Assembly: GCA_016188675.1 (NCBI GenBank) | Contig: JACPHJ010000152.1 | Span: forward strand, 39,372-71,371 | Reading direction: 5' to 3' | DNA from: Planctomycetota bacterium | GTDB taxonomy: Bacteria; Planctomycetota; Brocadiia; Brocadiales; Brocadiaceae | DNA: 32,000 nt | Shown here: positions 1 through 8,861 of the stretch, piece after piece | Layout of the letters: every line of letters begins with the position of its first letter | How positions within the stretch are numbered: position 1 is the stretch's first letter | The notes under the pieces: model-generated | The model's input: the letters and a program-made list of their open reading frames with translations, nothing else | Told to the model about the DNA's origin: nothing | The model's database searches: none | Translations under genes and position numbers: made by a program

Positions 1-233
1 ATAATTATATTTTCGATTTCTTTTGCAGTAAGTTAAAATTAGTGATTGAAATTGATGGTATAAGCCATAACAACAAGTCCACGAGCGATCAAATTAGGCA
101 GCAGAAATTAGAGTCATTGGGTTTATCAATATTACGATTTTACGATCTGGATGTCAAAAAAGATATGCATGCGGTAGTGCAGGTGATTGAAAACTGGATA
201 GACAAATTTGAAAAGGTAAACACAACCCCCTAA
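1..233 (+). CDS. DUF559 (Vsr-like endonuclease domain) protein, C-terminal part; the ORF runs off the left edge
   Basis: The frame stays open upstream of the GTG at 42 back to nt 3 (NYIFDFFCSKLKLVIEIDG...). The motifs ...FDFFC..LKLVIEIDG..H and LGLSILRF..DV are typical of DUF559. Confidence 0.7.
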   Translation, partial: NYIFDFFCSKLKLVIEIDGISHNNKSTSDQIRQQKLESLGLSILRFYDLDVKKDMHAVVQVIENWIDKFEKVNTTP

Positions 234-259
234 ATCCCCCTTAGAAAACCAGGGGGATT
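233..259 (+). terminator. Stem-loop AATCCCCC / GGGGGATT (perfect 8 bp, 11-nt loop) starting at the DUF559 stop codon
   Basis: Inverted repeat read directly (233-240 vs 252-259). There is no U-tract. A related C-run/G-run motif recurs at 25601-25650. Confidence 0.4.
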
Positions 260-334
260 GACTAAGTTTAATACCCGCGCAACCAAGACGGTTACGCTAA
301 TGAGAAGGCTGCCAAATGCAGCCTGATTTAATAT

Positions 335-1117
335 ATGCGAAGTATTGCACTAACAAATCAAAAAGGCGGCGTTGCCAAAACAACGACCACCGTAAACCTG
401 GGCGCCTGTCTTGCACAGATGGGCAAGAAGGTGCTCCTGGTTGATTTAGACCCCCAGGGGAATCTGAGCTCATGGCTGGGTCTGGATATCCATAATCTCG
501 AACGCTCCATGTACAATGTGTTTTTGGAGGAAGTCTATTTTGAAGAGATTTTGACAAAGACATGCGTTGAGAATATGACCCTGGCCCCATCTAATGTCGC
601 ATTGGCTGGAGTGGAAAGAATCCTGGCCCATGAAAAGGGACGAGACCTCATCCTGCGAAAGCGCATGTCTGCCGTAGTAAACAACTACGACTATATTATG
701 CTGGATTGTCCGCCTTCATTGGGGCTGATTACCATTAACGCTTTAACCTTTGTCAAGGAGGTCTTCATTCCTTTGGAAACAAAGGTATTGGCATTAAATG
801 GTCTTGTAACCCTGATGAATACCGTACAGGTGGTAAAAGAGAGGTTGAACCACAGCCTGGAAGTAACCGGTATTGTTGCCTGCCGGTTCGACGGCCGGAC
901 AAATCTCAGCAACGAGGTATTTAACCAGATCAAAGAGCGTTTTAAAGACAAGGTCTTTGATACGATTATCAAGGAAAATACACGCCTGGCGGAATGTCCT
1001 ATTTCCGGAAAGCCTATTACCCTGTATGCCCCCGACAGTTCTGGCGCCGTAGATTATACGAATCTGGCCAAAGAGGTAATAGAAAGAGAAGATAGAATGA
1101 AAGAGACAAGAAAATAG
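335..1117 (+). CDS. parA: ParA/Soj/MinD-family P-loop ATPase; orphan, with no parB adjacent
   Basis: Deviant Walker A NQKGGVAKTTTTVNL, VLLVDLDPQGN and MLDCPPSLG motifs; 260 aa. Confidence 0.9.
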   Translation: MRSIALTNQKGGVAKTTTTVNLGACLAQMGKKVLLVDLDPQGNLSSWLGLDIHNLERSMYNVFLEEVYFEEILTKTCVENMTLAPSNVALAGVERILAHEKGRDLILRKRMSAVVNNYDYIMLDCPPSLGLITINALTFVKEVFIPLETKVLALNGLVTLMNTVQVVKERLNHSLEVTGIVACRFDGRTNLSNEVFNQIKERFKDKVFDTIIKENTRLAECPISGKPITLYAPDSSGAVDYTNLAKEVIEREDRMKETRK

Positions 1118-1126
1118 AATAGTAAC

Positions 1127-3349
1127 ATGAAATTTTGGAAGAGCATATCCTTCTTATCCATAAGTTTTTCACTAATCTTTTTTACCCTTACAACCTTTGC
1201 TGAAGACACAGGCGCATCTTCGCCTTCGATCGGGGAACCGCCGCTTCAAACCGATACCTCTTCAAATAATAATGAGAAAAACACCTCCGATATGAACGCT
1301 GCCGTCATAAAGGGAATCTCGACTGAAGCAGTATGGTTTGGCGTTGACGAGGAAGTAACCATAGCGACACGGCATGAAATACAGATCAGCAAGGCGCCAA
1401 GCATTGTTACCGTAATTACCGATGAAGAAATCAAGCATCTGGGTTACCGTACCTTTGCGGAAATATTAAGAACTGTGCCTGGATTCGAGATTTTAAAAAC
1501 GGGGGCATTGGGAGACACAATCCCGGCCGTACGGGGCTTTGCAGGTGACAACAAGGTGCGGGTAATGCTCAACGGACACCTGGTAAATAACCCGTTAAGG
1601 GGCGGGGCATTTGTTAACTTCGATGATTTTCCCGTGGAAGGTATAAAAAGGATAGAAATTATCCGTGGTCCGGGTTCCGCCATGTACGGCGAAAATGCGT
1701 TTTTGGGAGTTATCAATATCATTACCAAAGACGCAAAGGATATTGACGGTGTAAGGGTAAGCAGTGGTTATGGAAGTTTTGACACATACGAAGAAAATAT
1801 CATATTTGGAGAGACGCATGGGGAGGTAGGCGTCTCCGGGATGGTGCGTTACAGGCAGACCAATGGTTTTGCCGGTGTTGTTGAGAGTGACAGTCAAACC
1901 ATAGTTGATAATTCTCTTTCTTCGCTTGGGTATTCTAAAGCTTCACAAGCGCCCGGCAAGGTGCATGACGGCAGACAAGAGTTCGACCTGAACCTTAAAG
2001 GCACTTACAAGGATTTCTATATCGAGGGGCTATATATTAATAAAAATGCCGGCCCTTTTATTGGTCCACAATACGCCTTAAATGACGAATCTGATGTGGA
2101 AAATAACTACGTTTTTGGTGAAGCGGGATATAAAAAGACCTTTGAAGAAAGGTTTACCTTAAAACCGAGGATTTATTATGACCAATTCGATAGAAACATT
2201 TATGCAGAATCGTTACCGGAGGGTGCAACTGTATCTTCCGATACTGATGGAGATGGTGTAGCAGATACTTATTATACTTATCCAGACGGACATATCGTAA
2301 ATAGTAAGCTAATTGAAAGGGTTCTCGGTACAGAAATTCCATTTGATTATGAACTGTTTGACGGAAATACATTAACCCTCGGCTTAGAATATCGTTATAT
2401 AAAACAAACCAACGTTCACTTTCTCTGCAACGTCGATCCCCTTACGTTGGAACCGCTGGACTCTATTCAGGACTTCTCTGACTCTTATCCACAGATAGGC
2501 AAAGCCACAAGAAATATTTGGTCGGCTTACCTGCAGGATACATGGGATATTACCGACACCTTAAATCTTACTCTTGGGGTAAGGCATGATCAGTATAGTG
2601 ATTTTGGCGGCACAACTAATCCACGGTCGGGCCTAACATGGGCATTTATGAAGAATGCATCGCTAAAGTTCCTTTATGGCGAAGCCTTCCGTGCGCCTAG
2701 TTTCGCAGAAATGCATGCTATTTACCAAAGGAATTCCATTATTCGCGGAAATGAGGATTTAGATCCGGAAACTGTCAGGTCATATGAAGCGGGGTTAAGT
2801 TACCGGTTTAATAAATACGTTACAAGCAGCGTAAATTATTTCTTTAATGATATAAAAGACCTTATTGTCTTACGAAGTACATTTGAAGATACAAAGAGGA
2901 TTTTAAGTTATGAAAACTTTGGAGATGCCCATGTTCAGGGTGTAGAGATGGAGACTAAGATAGACATAGCAAAAGGTAATTACGTTTTTATGAACTACAC
3001 CTTCCAGAACACGGAAGACGACGATGGGGATGACCTGCCATTTGTGTCGAATCACAAGGGTAATTTTGGGGTGAACGTACACTATTGGAAATACATTAAC
3101 ACAAATCTGAACACCTTTGTAAGCGGGAAGCGGTTCCGGGAAGAGGGCGATACAAGAGGCAACCTGCCCGCATATGCATTGTTAAACCTTTCGGTCATTG
3201 GAAAGGAATTCTTCAAAACCATGGAGGTGCAGGGAACGGTATATAATCTGCTGGACAAGGACTACAGTGATCCGGGGCCGACTTCCATACCGGAAGACCT
3301 TCCCAGGCCGGGAAGGACGTTTTTTATTGGACTAAGCTACCAGTTTTAG
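1127..3349 (+). CDS. TonB-dependent outer-membrane receptor
   Basis: Signal peptide, TonB-box-like DEEVTIATR, plug-domain motifs (IVTVIT..EI...G.RT.AEILR.VPG; IEIIRGPGSAMYG) and a C-terminal barrel ending GRTFFIGLSYQF. Confidence 0.9.
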   Translation: MKFWKSISFLSISFSLIFFTLTTFAEDTGASSPSIGEPPLQTDTSSNNNEKNTSDMNAAVIKGISTEAVWFGVDEEVTIATRHEIQISKAPSIVTVITDEEIKHLGYRTFAEILRTVPGFEILKTGALGDTIPAVRGFAGDNKVRVMLNGHLVNNPLRGGAFVNFDDFPVEGIKRIEIIRGPGSAMYGENAFLGVINIITKDAKDIDGVRVSSGYGSFDTYEENIIFGETHGEVGVSGMVRYRQTNGFAGVVESDSQTIVDNSLSSLGYSKASQAPGKVHDGRQEFDLNLKGTYKDFYIEGLYINKNAGPFIGPQYALNDESDVENNYVFGEAGYKKTFEERFTLKPRIYYDQFDRNIYAESLPEGATVSSDTDGDGVADTYYTYPDGHIVNSKLIERVLGTEIPFDYELFDGNTLTLGLEYRYIKQTNVHFLCNVDPLTLEPLDSIQDFSDSYPQIGKATRNIWSAYLQDTWDITDTLNLTLGVRHDQYSDFGGTTNPRSGLTWAFMKNASLKFLYGEAFRAPSFAEMHAIYQRNSIIRGNEDLDPETVRSYEAGLSYRFNKYVTSSVNYFFNDIKDLIVLRSTFEDTKRILSYENFGDAHVQGVEMETKIDIAKGNYVFMNYTFQNTEDDDGDDLPFVSNHKGNFGVNVHYWKYINTNLNTFVSGKRFREEGDTRGNLPAYALLNLSVIGKEFFKTMEVQGTVYNLLDKDYSDPGPTSIPEDLPRPGRTFFIGLSYQF

Positions 3350-3352
3350 CGA

Positions 3353-4372
3353 ATGACAAATATCTGTGTAATAACAATAATCTGTGCATATCCCCATACA
3401 CCTCTCAGTAATCTTTTTAAGGCCGTAGTATTTTGTTTTATCCTCACCTTTGTTTTCCAGGCCTCATTTCCTGATGCTTCCGTGTTTGCCGGGGGCCATA
3501 CAGCCATTGTTATACAAAGTCAGACAATTGCCGCTTATAGCGAAGCAATTAAGGGGTTTGAAGAAGGATGCAGGGATAAAGGCATCTCTATAAAGGCAAT
3601 CTATGACATGAAAGGAGACATAGACGAAGGTAAAAGTGTCATAAAAAATATTAAGGACAACAAACTCAGACCAGACCTTATCTTCTCCGTCGGTGTACTC
3701 GCCACAGCCCTCATAAAAGAGCAATTTCCGGATGTCCCTATCCTCTTTTGTATGGTTATAAATTACAAGCGTTTTAATTTAGCAGGCGCTAATATGACGG
3801 GTATTTCTTCAGAGGTGTCGGCTGAGGATCAATTTACTATTCTCAAGGAATTTCTTGGTGAAAAAAAGAGAATTGGAGTTATTTATGATCCAATGGAAAC
3901 CGGAAGTATTGTCTCAGAAGCAGTCCCCATTGGGCAAAAATCCGATTTCAATCTCCTCAAGGCAGAGGTTGCATCGGAAGGTGAGGTTGCGTCTGCGCTG
4001 AATAGCATGATTGGCAAAATTGATGCATTTTGGATAATACCTGACGGCACGGTAGTTACAAAAGAATCCCTGGAAATTATCCTGAAGATGAGTCTGAAAC
4101 ACCGCCTGCCGGTATTTTGTACTTCAAGCGCCATAGTGAAGGCAGGGGCGCTGGTTTCCATATCGCCGGATTACAGGCAGACGGGCCTTCAGGCGGCACA
4201 GATGGCACAGACGCTGTTAAGCAGTCCTACGGTTATTTCATTAGGCGTCAAACAGCCTGACAAATTGAAGATAACAGTAAACACCCAGACGGCAGGAATA
4301 ATTAAGGTAGATATGTCACCCCTTCGGTCAAGGCCTGACGTAGTGTTATATCCGGTAGCGCAACCAAAGTGA
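3353..4372 (+). CDS. Periplasmic ABC-type substrate-binding protein, PF04392-like (BMP/ABC_sub_bind family)
   Basis: N-terminal hydrophobic signal. Family-like blocks PDLIFSVGVLATA, VPILFCMV, NMTGISSEV, KRIGVIYDP, DAFWIIPD, LPVF and GALVSISPDY. Starts 4 nt after the receptor stop. Confidence 0.75.
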   Translation: MTNICVITIICAYPHTPLSNLFKAVVFCFILTFVFQASFPDASVFAGGHTAIVIQSQTIAAYSEAIKGFEEGCRDKGISIKAIYDMKGDIDEGKSVIKNIKDNKLRPDLIFSVGVLATALIKEQFPDVPILFCMVINYKRFNLAGANMTGISSEVSAEDQFTILKEFLGEKKRIGVIYDPMETGSIVSEAVPIGQKSDFNLLKAEVASEGEVASALNSMIGKIDAFWIIPDGTVVTKESLEIILKMSLKHRLPVFCTSSAIVKAGALVSISPDYRQTGLQAAQMAQTLLSSPTVISLGVKQPDKLKITVNTQTAGIIKVDMSPLRSRPDVVLYPVAQPK

Positions 4373-4392
4373 GTAAAAGCGACGAGTGGCAA

Positions 4393-4432
4393 GTGGCGGG
4401 TGACGTTTTCCGCGTCACCTGTCACCCGTCAC
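4393..4432. repeat. GTGAC-rich REP-like hairpin (GTGGCGGGTGAC / GTCACCCGTCAC, 12-bp stem with one G-U pair) and an alternative inner hairpin GGTGACG/CGTCACC
   Basis: Read directly in the 120-nt gap between the binding-protein gene and the kinase gene. Confidence 0.5.
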
Positions 4433-4492
4433 TTAAAAAACTTGCTAAAAGAAGTTTTACAATGTAAGACATTAAATGCATTTTGAAATTAT

Positions 4493-7400
4493 ATGATTAG
4501 TATTCGCACAAGGCTTATTGTTTTGATTTGTCTGTTGATAACCGTTATCGACATACTTAGTTGTCTATTCTTTTTCATCCATACGGAAAATGCACAGGAG
4601 ACAGTATTCAAGAAATTAGGCACATCCCTTGTTATATTACTTGCCCAGGACAATGAGGTCGAGCTTGCCCTTGATCATGCACAGCCGGCATTTTTAGGAA
4701 CTCCTGTTAAAAGGGTGCAGGCATTTGACAGAGACAAGGAAATAGGGTACTGGCGAATAGCAAACACTCAAGCGGTTATGGTTGAAGAGAAGGCAGCGTG
4801 GTGCGGCATTCAATTGAATGAGATTCCTGCCAGAAAAGACTCCGAAAGTTCGGATACGCCACGTATCAATCGCATAATTTCATCTTCAGGAGAAGTATTT
4901 TATGACTTTTCGGCGCCGGTCTTTGAGAAGCAGGCATTCTCAGAGGAGGCATTTGCCACCCAGATTTTAGCTGAGGACAAGATTCTTGCAGAAACAAAGC
5001 ACAGGGTACTGGGGTCTGTGCAAATTGGCTTGTCCACACACAAATTAAACGAAAAGATACACGAGGTCATATTATACGGCATTATCCCGCTGGGCTTTGG
5101 CATCATTGTTGGTGGGGTAGTCATTACCTTCTTTCTTACCAGACATATTGTTTCACCTATCAAGCAGTTGGCAAGTATTACTCTGGATATTGCCAGGGGA
5201 AATCTCAGCCGTACGGTAGACATTCGTTCTCAGGACGAGATTGGGCAGTTATCCATGAATTTCAATCAGATGACGAAGTCGCTGGAGAAGTCGTATGCAG
5301 ATTTGAAGCAGGAAATTGTCGGGCATAAGCATACGGAGGAATTATTACAGTATCGGCTTAAGATAGAAGAGTTGATAGCGACCATATCATCGAATTTCAT
5401 TAATCTTGCGCCCTATGAAGTTGATGCGGGGATAAGTCGTGCCCTGAAGATAATCGGGGAGTTTGCCGTAGTTGATCGCAGTTATGTGTTTCAGTACTCA
5501 GACGCTGAAAGAAAGAAGATGGATAATACGCATGAGTGGTGTGCGGAAGGGATTGTACCGCAGATTGATAAGCTTAAAGGGCTATCGGTAGATCGTTTCC
5601 AGTGGGGAATTGAGAGACTGGAGCGATTCGAAAGCATTCATGTCCCGCGGGTGGCGGATATGCCTGAGAGTGCAAGGGCGGAAAAAGAACTCCAAGTGTC
5701 TCAGTCCGTGCAGTCGTTTGTAATCGTTCCGATGGTATATGGCGGGTCGCTTGTCGGATTTTTGGGATTCGATTCGGTACGAACCGAAAATAAATGGACA
5801 GAAGAAGACATGGCGCTCCTTAAAATGGTAGGGGAAATATTTGTGAATGCCTTAGAGCATAAACGGGCGTGGGAGATGTTGCAAAAGGCGCACGACAAGC
5901 TGGAAATACGTGTTATGGACCGGACGCTCGAACTTTTGAAAGCCAATGAGCTTCTGAAAGAAGAGATCGCTGAACATAAAAAGGCGAAGGCTGAATTAAA
6001 GAAATATGAAATACTAATTTCAGAAATAACCGATCTTCCGTATATTTGCGATATAGAAGGAAATATATTATTTGTAAATAATATGTTTGATAAACTTACA
6101 GGCCGCAAGAGGGAAGAATTCATTGGAAAATCTTTTGCTCCTCTTTTCGATGAAGAAAATCTGAAAATAGCAACTGATGCATACTCAAAAACATTAAAAG
6201 GCGAAAGTCCTCTTTACGAACTTTATTTCAAGGATACAGGGGTATTATGCGAATATAAAAATCTTCCCTTAAGGGACGAGGCTGGAAACATCATTGGCGT
6301 TATTGGCACGGCAAGAGATATCACAGAAAGAAAACGAATGGAAGAGATGTTGCGAAAAACGAATCAGACCCTTCGTGCTATGATTCTCGCTTCTCCATTA
6401 GCCATAACTGTTTTCGATCCATACGGGAACGTAAAGATGTGGAATCCTTCTGCCGAGCATATTTTTGGCTGGGCTGAAGAAGAGGTACTCGGAAAATTTC
6501 TTCCTATTATACCCGAAGGCGAACAGGATGAGTTTCGCGCATTGCTTGATCGTGTGCTTAGAGGTGAGTCATTTATGGATAGGGAGGTATTGGGAAAGAA
6601 GCGAGACAGTTCATCAATAGATATAAGTATTTCAACGGCTCCACTGTGCGATACCAAAGGTGAGGTTGTTGGTGTCGTCGGTATAATAGCGGATATTACA
6701 GAACACAAGCGAATGACCGATGCCTTGCGTCAGGCAAAGGAGTATGCTGAAAATCTTATTGAAACAGCGAATGTGATAGTTATGGGACTGGATATTAATG
6801 GAAATATTCGGGTATTTAACAAAACGGCTGAAGACATTACGGGATACAAGAAGGCAGAGATATTAGGGAAAAATTGGTTTGATATCATTACACCGAAGGA
6901 CATATTCCCGTATGTTTGGCAAACTTTTCATAGATGGCAGAATGGTGAACAATTGCAAACTACATACGAAAATCCCATTATTACAAAGTCTGGTAAAAGG
7001 AGATACATCTCCTGGCAGAACACCGAAGTGCGGGATCAAGGGAGAATTATTGGAATAATTTCCTTTGGAAACGATATTACAGAACAAAAGCGAAAAAAAG
7101 CACTGGTAGAACGATTACGTTTAATGTCGTTTGTAAAAGACATAGGTATTGCTATCAACGAAGGGAACACTACGCATGAAATCCTCCGACAATGCACTGA
7201 GGCCATTGTCCATAATCTTGATGCTGCGTTTGCACGTATCTGGACGCTCAATGAAAAAGAGAACGTACTGGAACTTCAAGCCAGCGCTGGAATGTATACC
7301 CATATCGACGGTTCACATAGCCGTATACCTGTTGGCAAATTTAAAATCGGCATTATTGCTCAGGAGCGCATACCTCGCCTGACGAATAATCTCGTCAGTG

Positions 7401-8704
7401 ATCCAGACGTTAGTGACAAGGACTGGGCGAAACGGGAAGGTATAATTGCCTTCGCCGGCTATCCATTGATTATCAAAGAACATTTAGTGGGAGTTGTTGC
7501 CATGTTTTCACGCAAACCGCTCACTGAGTTCGTCCAGAGGGCATTGGCTTCCTCAGCAGACATAATTGCGCTTGGAATTGACCGCAAGTGCGCAGAAGAG
7601 GCGCTACGCGTGAGCGAAAACAGATACAGAAGGCTACTGGAAAATCTCCCACAGAGAATATTTCATAAGGACAGGGACTCAATGTATGTGTCCTGTAATG
7701 AAAATTATGCAAGGGATTTAAAAATCAAACCAGAAGAAATCCTCGGAAAAACCGATTATGACTTTTATCCGAAAATATTAGCCAATAAATATAGGTCCGA
7801 TGACAAGAGAATCATGGAGTCAGGAAAAACGGAAGACTTTGAAGAGAAATATATTCAAGATGGCAGAGAATTTATGGTACAAACCATTAAAACACCTTTG
7901 AAAGACGAGAATGGTAATATAATTGGCATATTGGGTATTTTCTGGGACATTACGGAAAAAATTGCCATGCAGGTTGAGGCCGTGCGGAGCAGACACCTCG
8001 TATCATTGGGTGAAATGGCGGCTGGCGTAGCGCATGAAATCAATAATCCCATTACCGGAATTATCAACTACTCGCAGATAATAGCCAACAAGAGCATCAA
8101 AGGGAGCAGAGAAAACGACCTTGCCAAAAGAATTATAAGAGAAGGGGAAAGAATCGCCGTCATAGTCAGAAGCTTGCTTTCTTTTGCCCGGGCGGATGAT
8201 CGGAAAGACAAAAAAAGTCCCGTTTATATTCATGAAATACTTTCCGACACACTTACTCTGACAGAGGCACAGATGCGTAAAGACGGTATCATACTAAAAT
8301 TGAATGCCCCGCCTAAACTGCCAAAGATAATTGCAAATCCTCATCAGATTCAACAGGTATTTTTGAATATTGTGAGCAACGCACGGTACGCCTTGAATCA
8401 AAAATACCTGGAAGCACATGATGACAAGATCCTTGAAATTCTTGGCGAAAAAATAGTAATTGATAATTGTCTCTACGTGAGGGTTATATTTTATGATCGT
8501 GGGATAGGTATACCTGCTGATATAATGAATAGAATAATGAACCCATTTTTTACAACAAAACCCGTCGGGAAGGGAACAGGTCTGGGTTTGAGTATCAGTC
8601 ACGGCATTATTAGCGATCATGGCGGTAAACTTATTATTGATAGTACTGAGGGGAAGTTTACTAAAGTTGCGGTTATTTTGCCTGCTATGTCAAAACCCCA
8701 ATAG
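4493..8704 (+). CDS. Multi-domain membrane sensor histidine kinase (2 TM, periplasmic domain, HAMP, GAF, 3 PAS, GAF, PAS, HisKA, HATPase_c)
   Basis: TM helices near aa 7-29 and 194-216. HAMP (PIKQLA...DEIGQL..FNQM). Repeated PAS ends DITERK/DITEHK/DITEQK/DITEK. H-box AHEINNPITG. G-boxes DRGIGIP and GTGLGLSISHGII. Confidence 0.92.
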   Translation: MISIRTRLIVLICLLITVIDILSCLFFFIHTENAQETVFKKLGTSLVILLAQDNEVELALDHAQPAFLGTPVKRVQAFDRDKEIGYWRIANTQAVMVEEKAAWCGIQLNEIPARKDSESSDTPRINRIISSSGEVFYDFSAPVFEKQAFSEEAFATQILAEDKILAETKHRVLGSVQIGLSTHKLNEKIHEVILYGIIPLGFGIIVGGVVITFFLTRHIVSPIKQLASITLDIARGNLSRTVDIRSQDEIGQLSMNFNQMTKSLEKSYADLKQEIVGHKHTEELLQYRLKIEELIATISSNFINLAPYEVDAGISRALKIIGEFAVVDRSYVFQYSDAERKKMDNTHEWCAEGIVPQIDKLKGLSVDRFQWGIERLERFESIHVPRVADMPESARAEKELQVSQSVQSFVIVPMVYGGSLVGFLGFDSVRTENKWTEEDMALLKMVGEIFVNALEHKRAWEMLQKAHDKLEIRVMDRTLELLKANELLKEEIAEHKKAKAELKKYEILISEITDLPYICDIEGNILFVNNMFDKLTGRKREEFIGKSFAPLFDEENLKIATDAYSKTLKGESPLYELYFKDTGVLCEYKNLPLRDEAGNIIGVIGTARDITERKRMEEMLRKTNQTLRAMILASPLAITVFDPYGNVKMWNPSAEHIFGWAEEEVLGKFLPIIPEGEQDEFRALLDRVLRGESFMDREVLGKKRDSSSIDISISTAPLCDTKGEVVGVVGIIADITEHKRMTDALRQAKEYAENLIETANVIVMGLDINGNIRVFNKTAEDITGYKKAEILGKNWFDIITPKDIFPYVWQTFHRWQNGEQLQTTYENPIITKSGKRRYISWQNTEVRDQGRIIGIISFGNDITEQKRKKALVERLRLMSFVKDIGIAINEGNTTHEILRQCTEAIVHNLDAAFARIWTLNEKENVLELQASAGMYTHIDGSHSRIPVGKFKIGIIAQERIPRLTNNLVSDPDVSDKDWAKREGIIAFAGYPLIIKEHLVGVVAMFSRKPLTEFVQRALASSADIIALGIDRKCAEEALRVSENRYRRLLENLPQRIFHKDRDSMYVSCNENYARDLKIKPEEILGKTDYDFYPKILANKYRSDDKRIMESGKTEDFEEKYIQDGREFMVQTIKTPLKDENGNIIGILGIFWDITEKIAMQVEAVRSRHLVSLGEMAAGVAHEINNPITGIINYSQIIANKSIKGSRENDLAKRIIREGERIAVIVRSLLSFARADDRKDKKSPVYIHEILSDTLTLTEAQMRKDGIILKLNAPPKLPKIIANPHQIQQVFLNIVSNARYALNQKYLEAHDDKILEILGEKIVIDNCLYVRVIFYDRGIGIPADIMNRIMNPFFTTKPVGKGTGLGLSISHGIISDHGGKLIIDSTEGKFTKVAVILPAMSKPQ

Positions 8705-8789
8705 AATAATAAAACACAAAACTCATACACACTAAAAATTGCGTTTAGCTTTAAAAGGATTATCTGATAAAATTATTTGGTATAAAATT

Positions 8790-8798
8790 TGATATAAT
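8790..8798 (+). promoter_or_regulatory. Candidate extended -10 promoter element (TGATATAAT) upstream of the response-regulator gene
   Basis: Exact TGnTATAAT match, 64 nt upstream of the ATG at 8862. No good -35 element. Confidence 0.3.
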
Positions 8799-8861
8799 TT
8801 AACATAGATTTTAATAACGTATTTTCGGAAGACCTTAAATATTTGATTATTGGGTAGAAAT

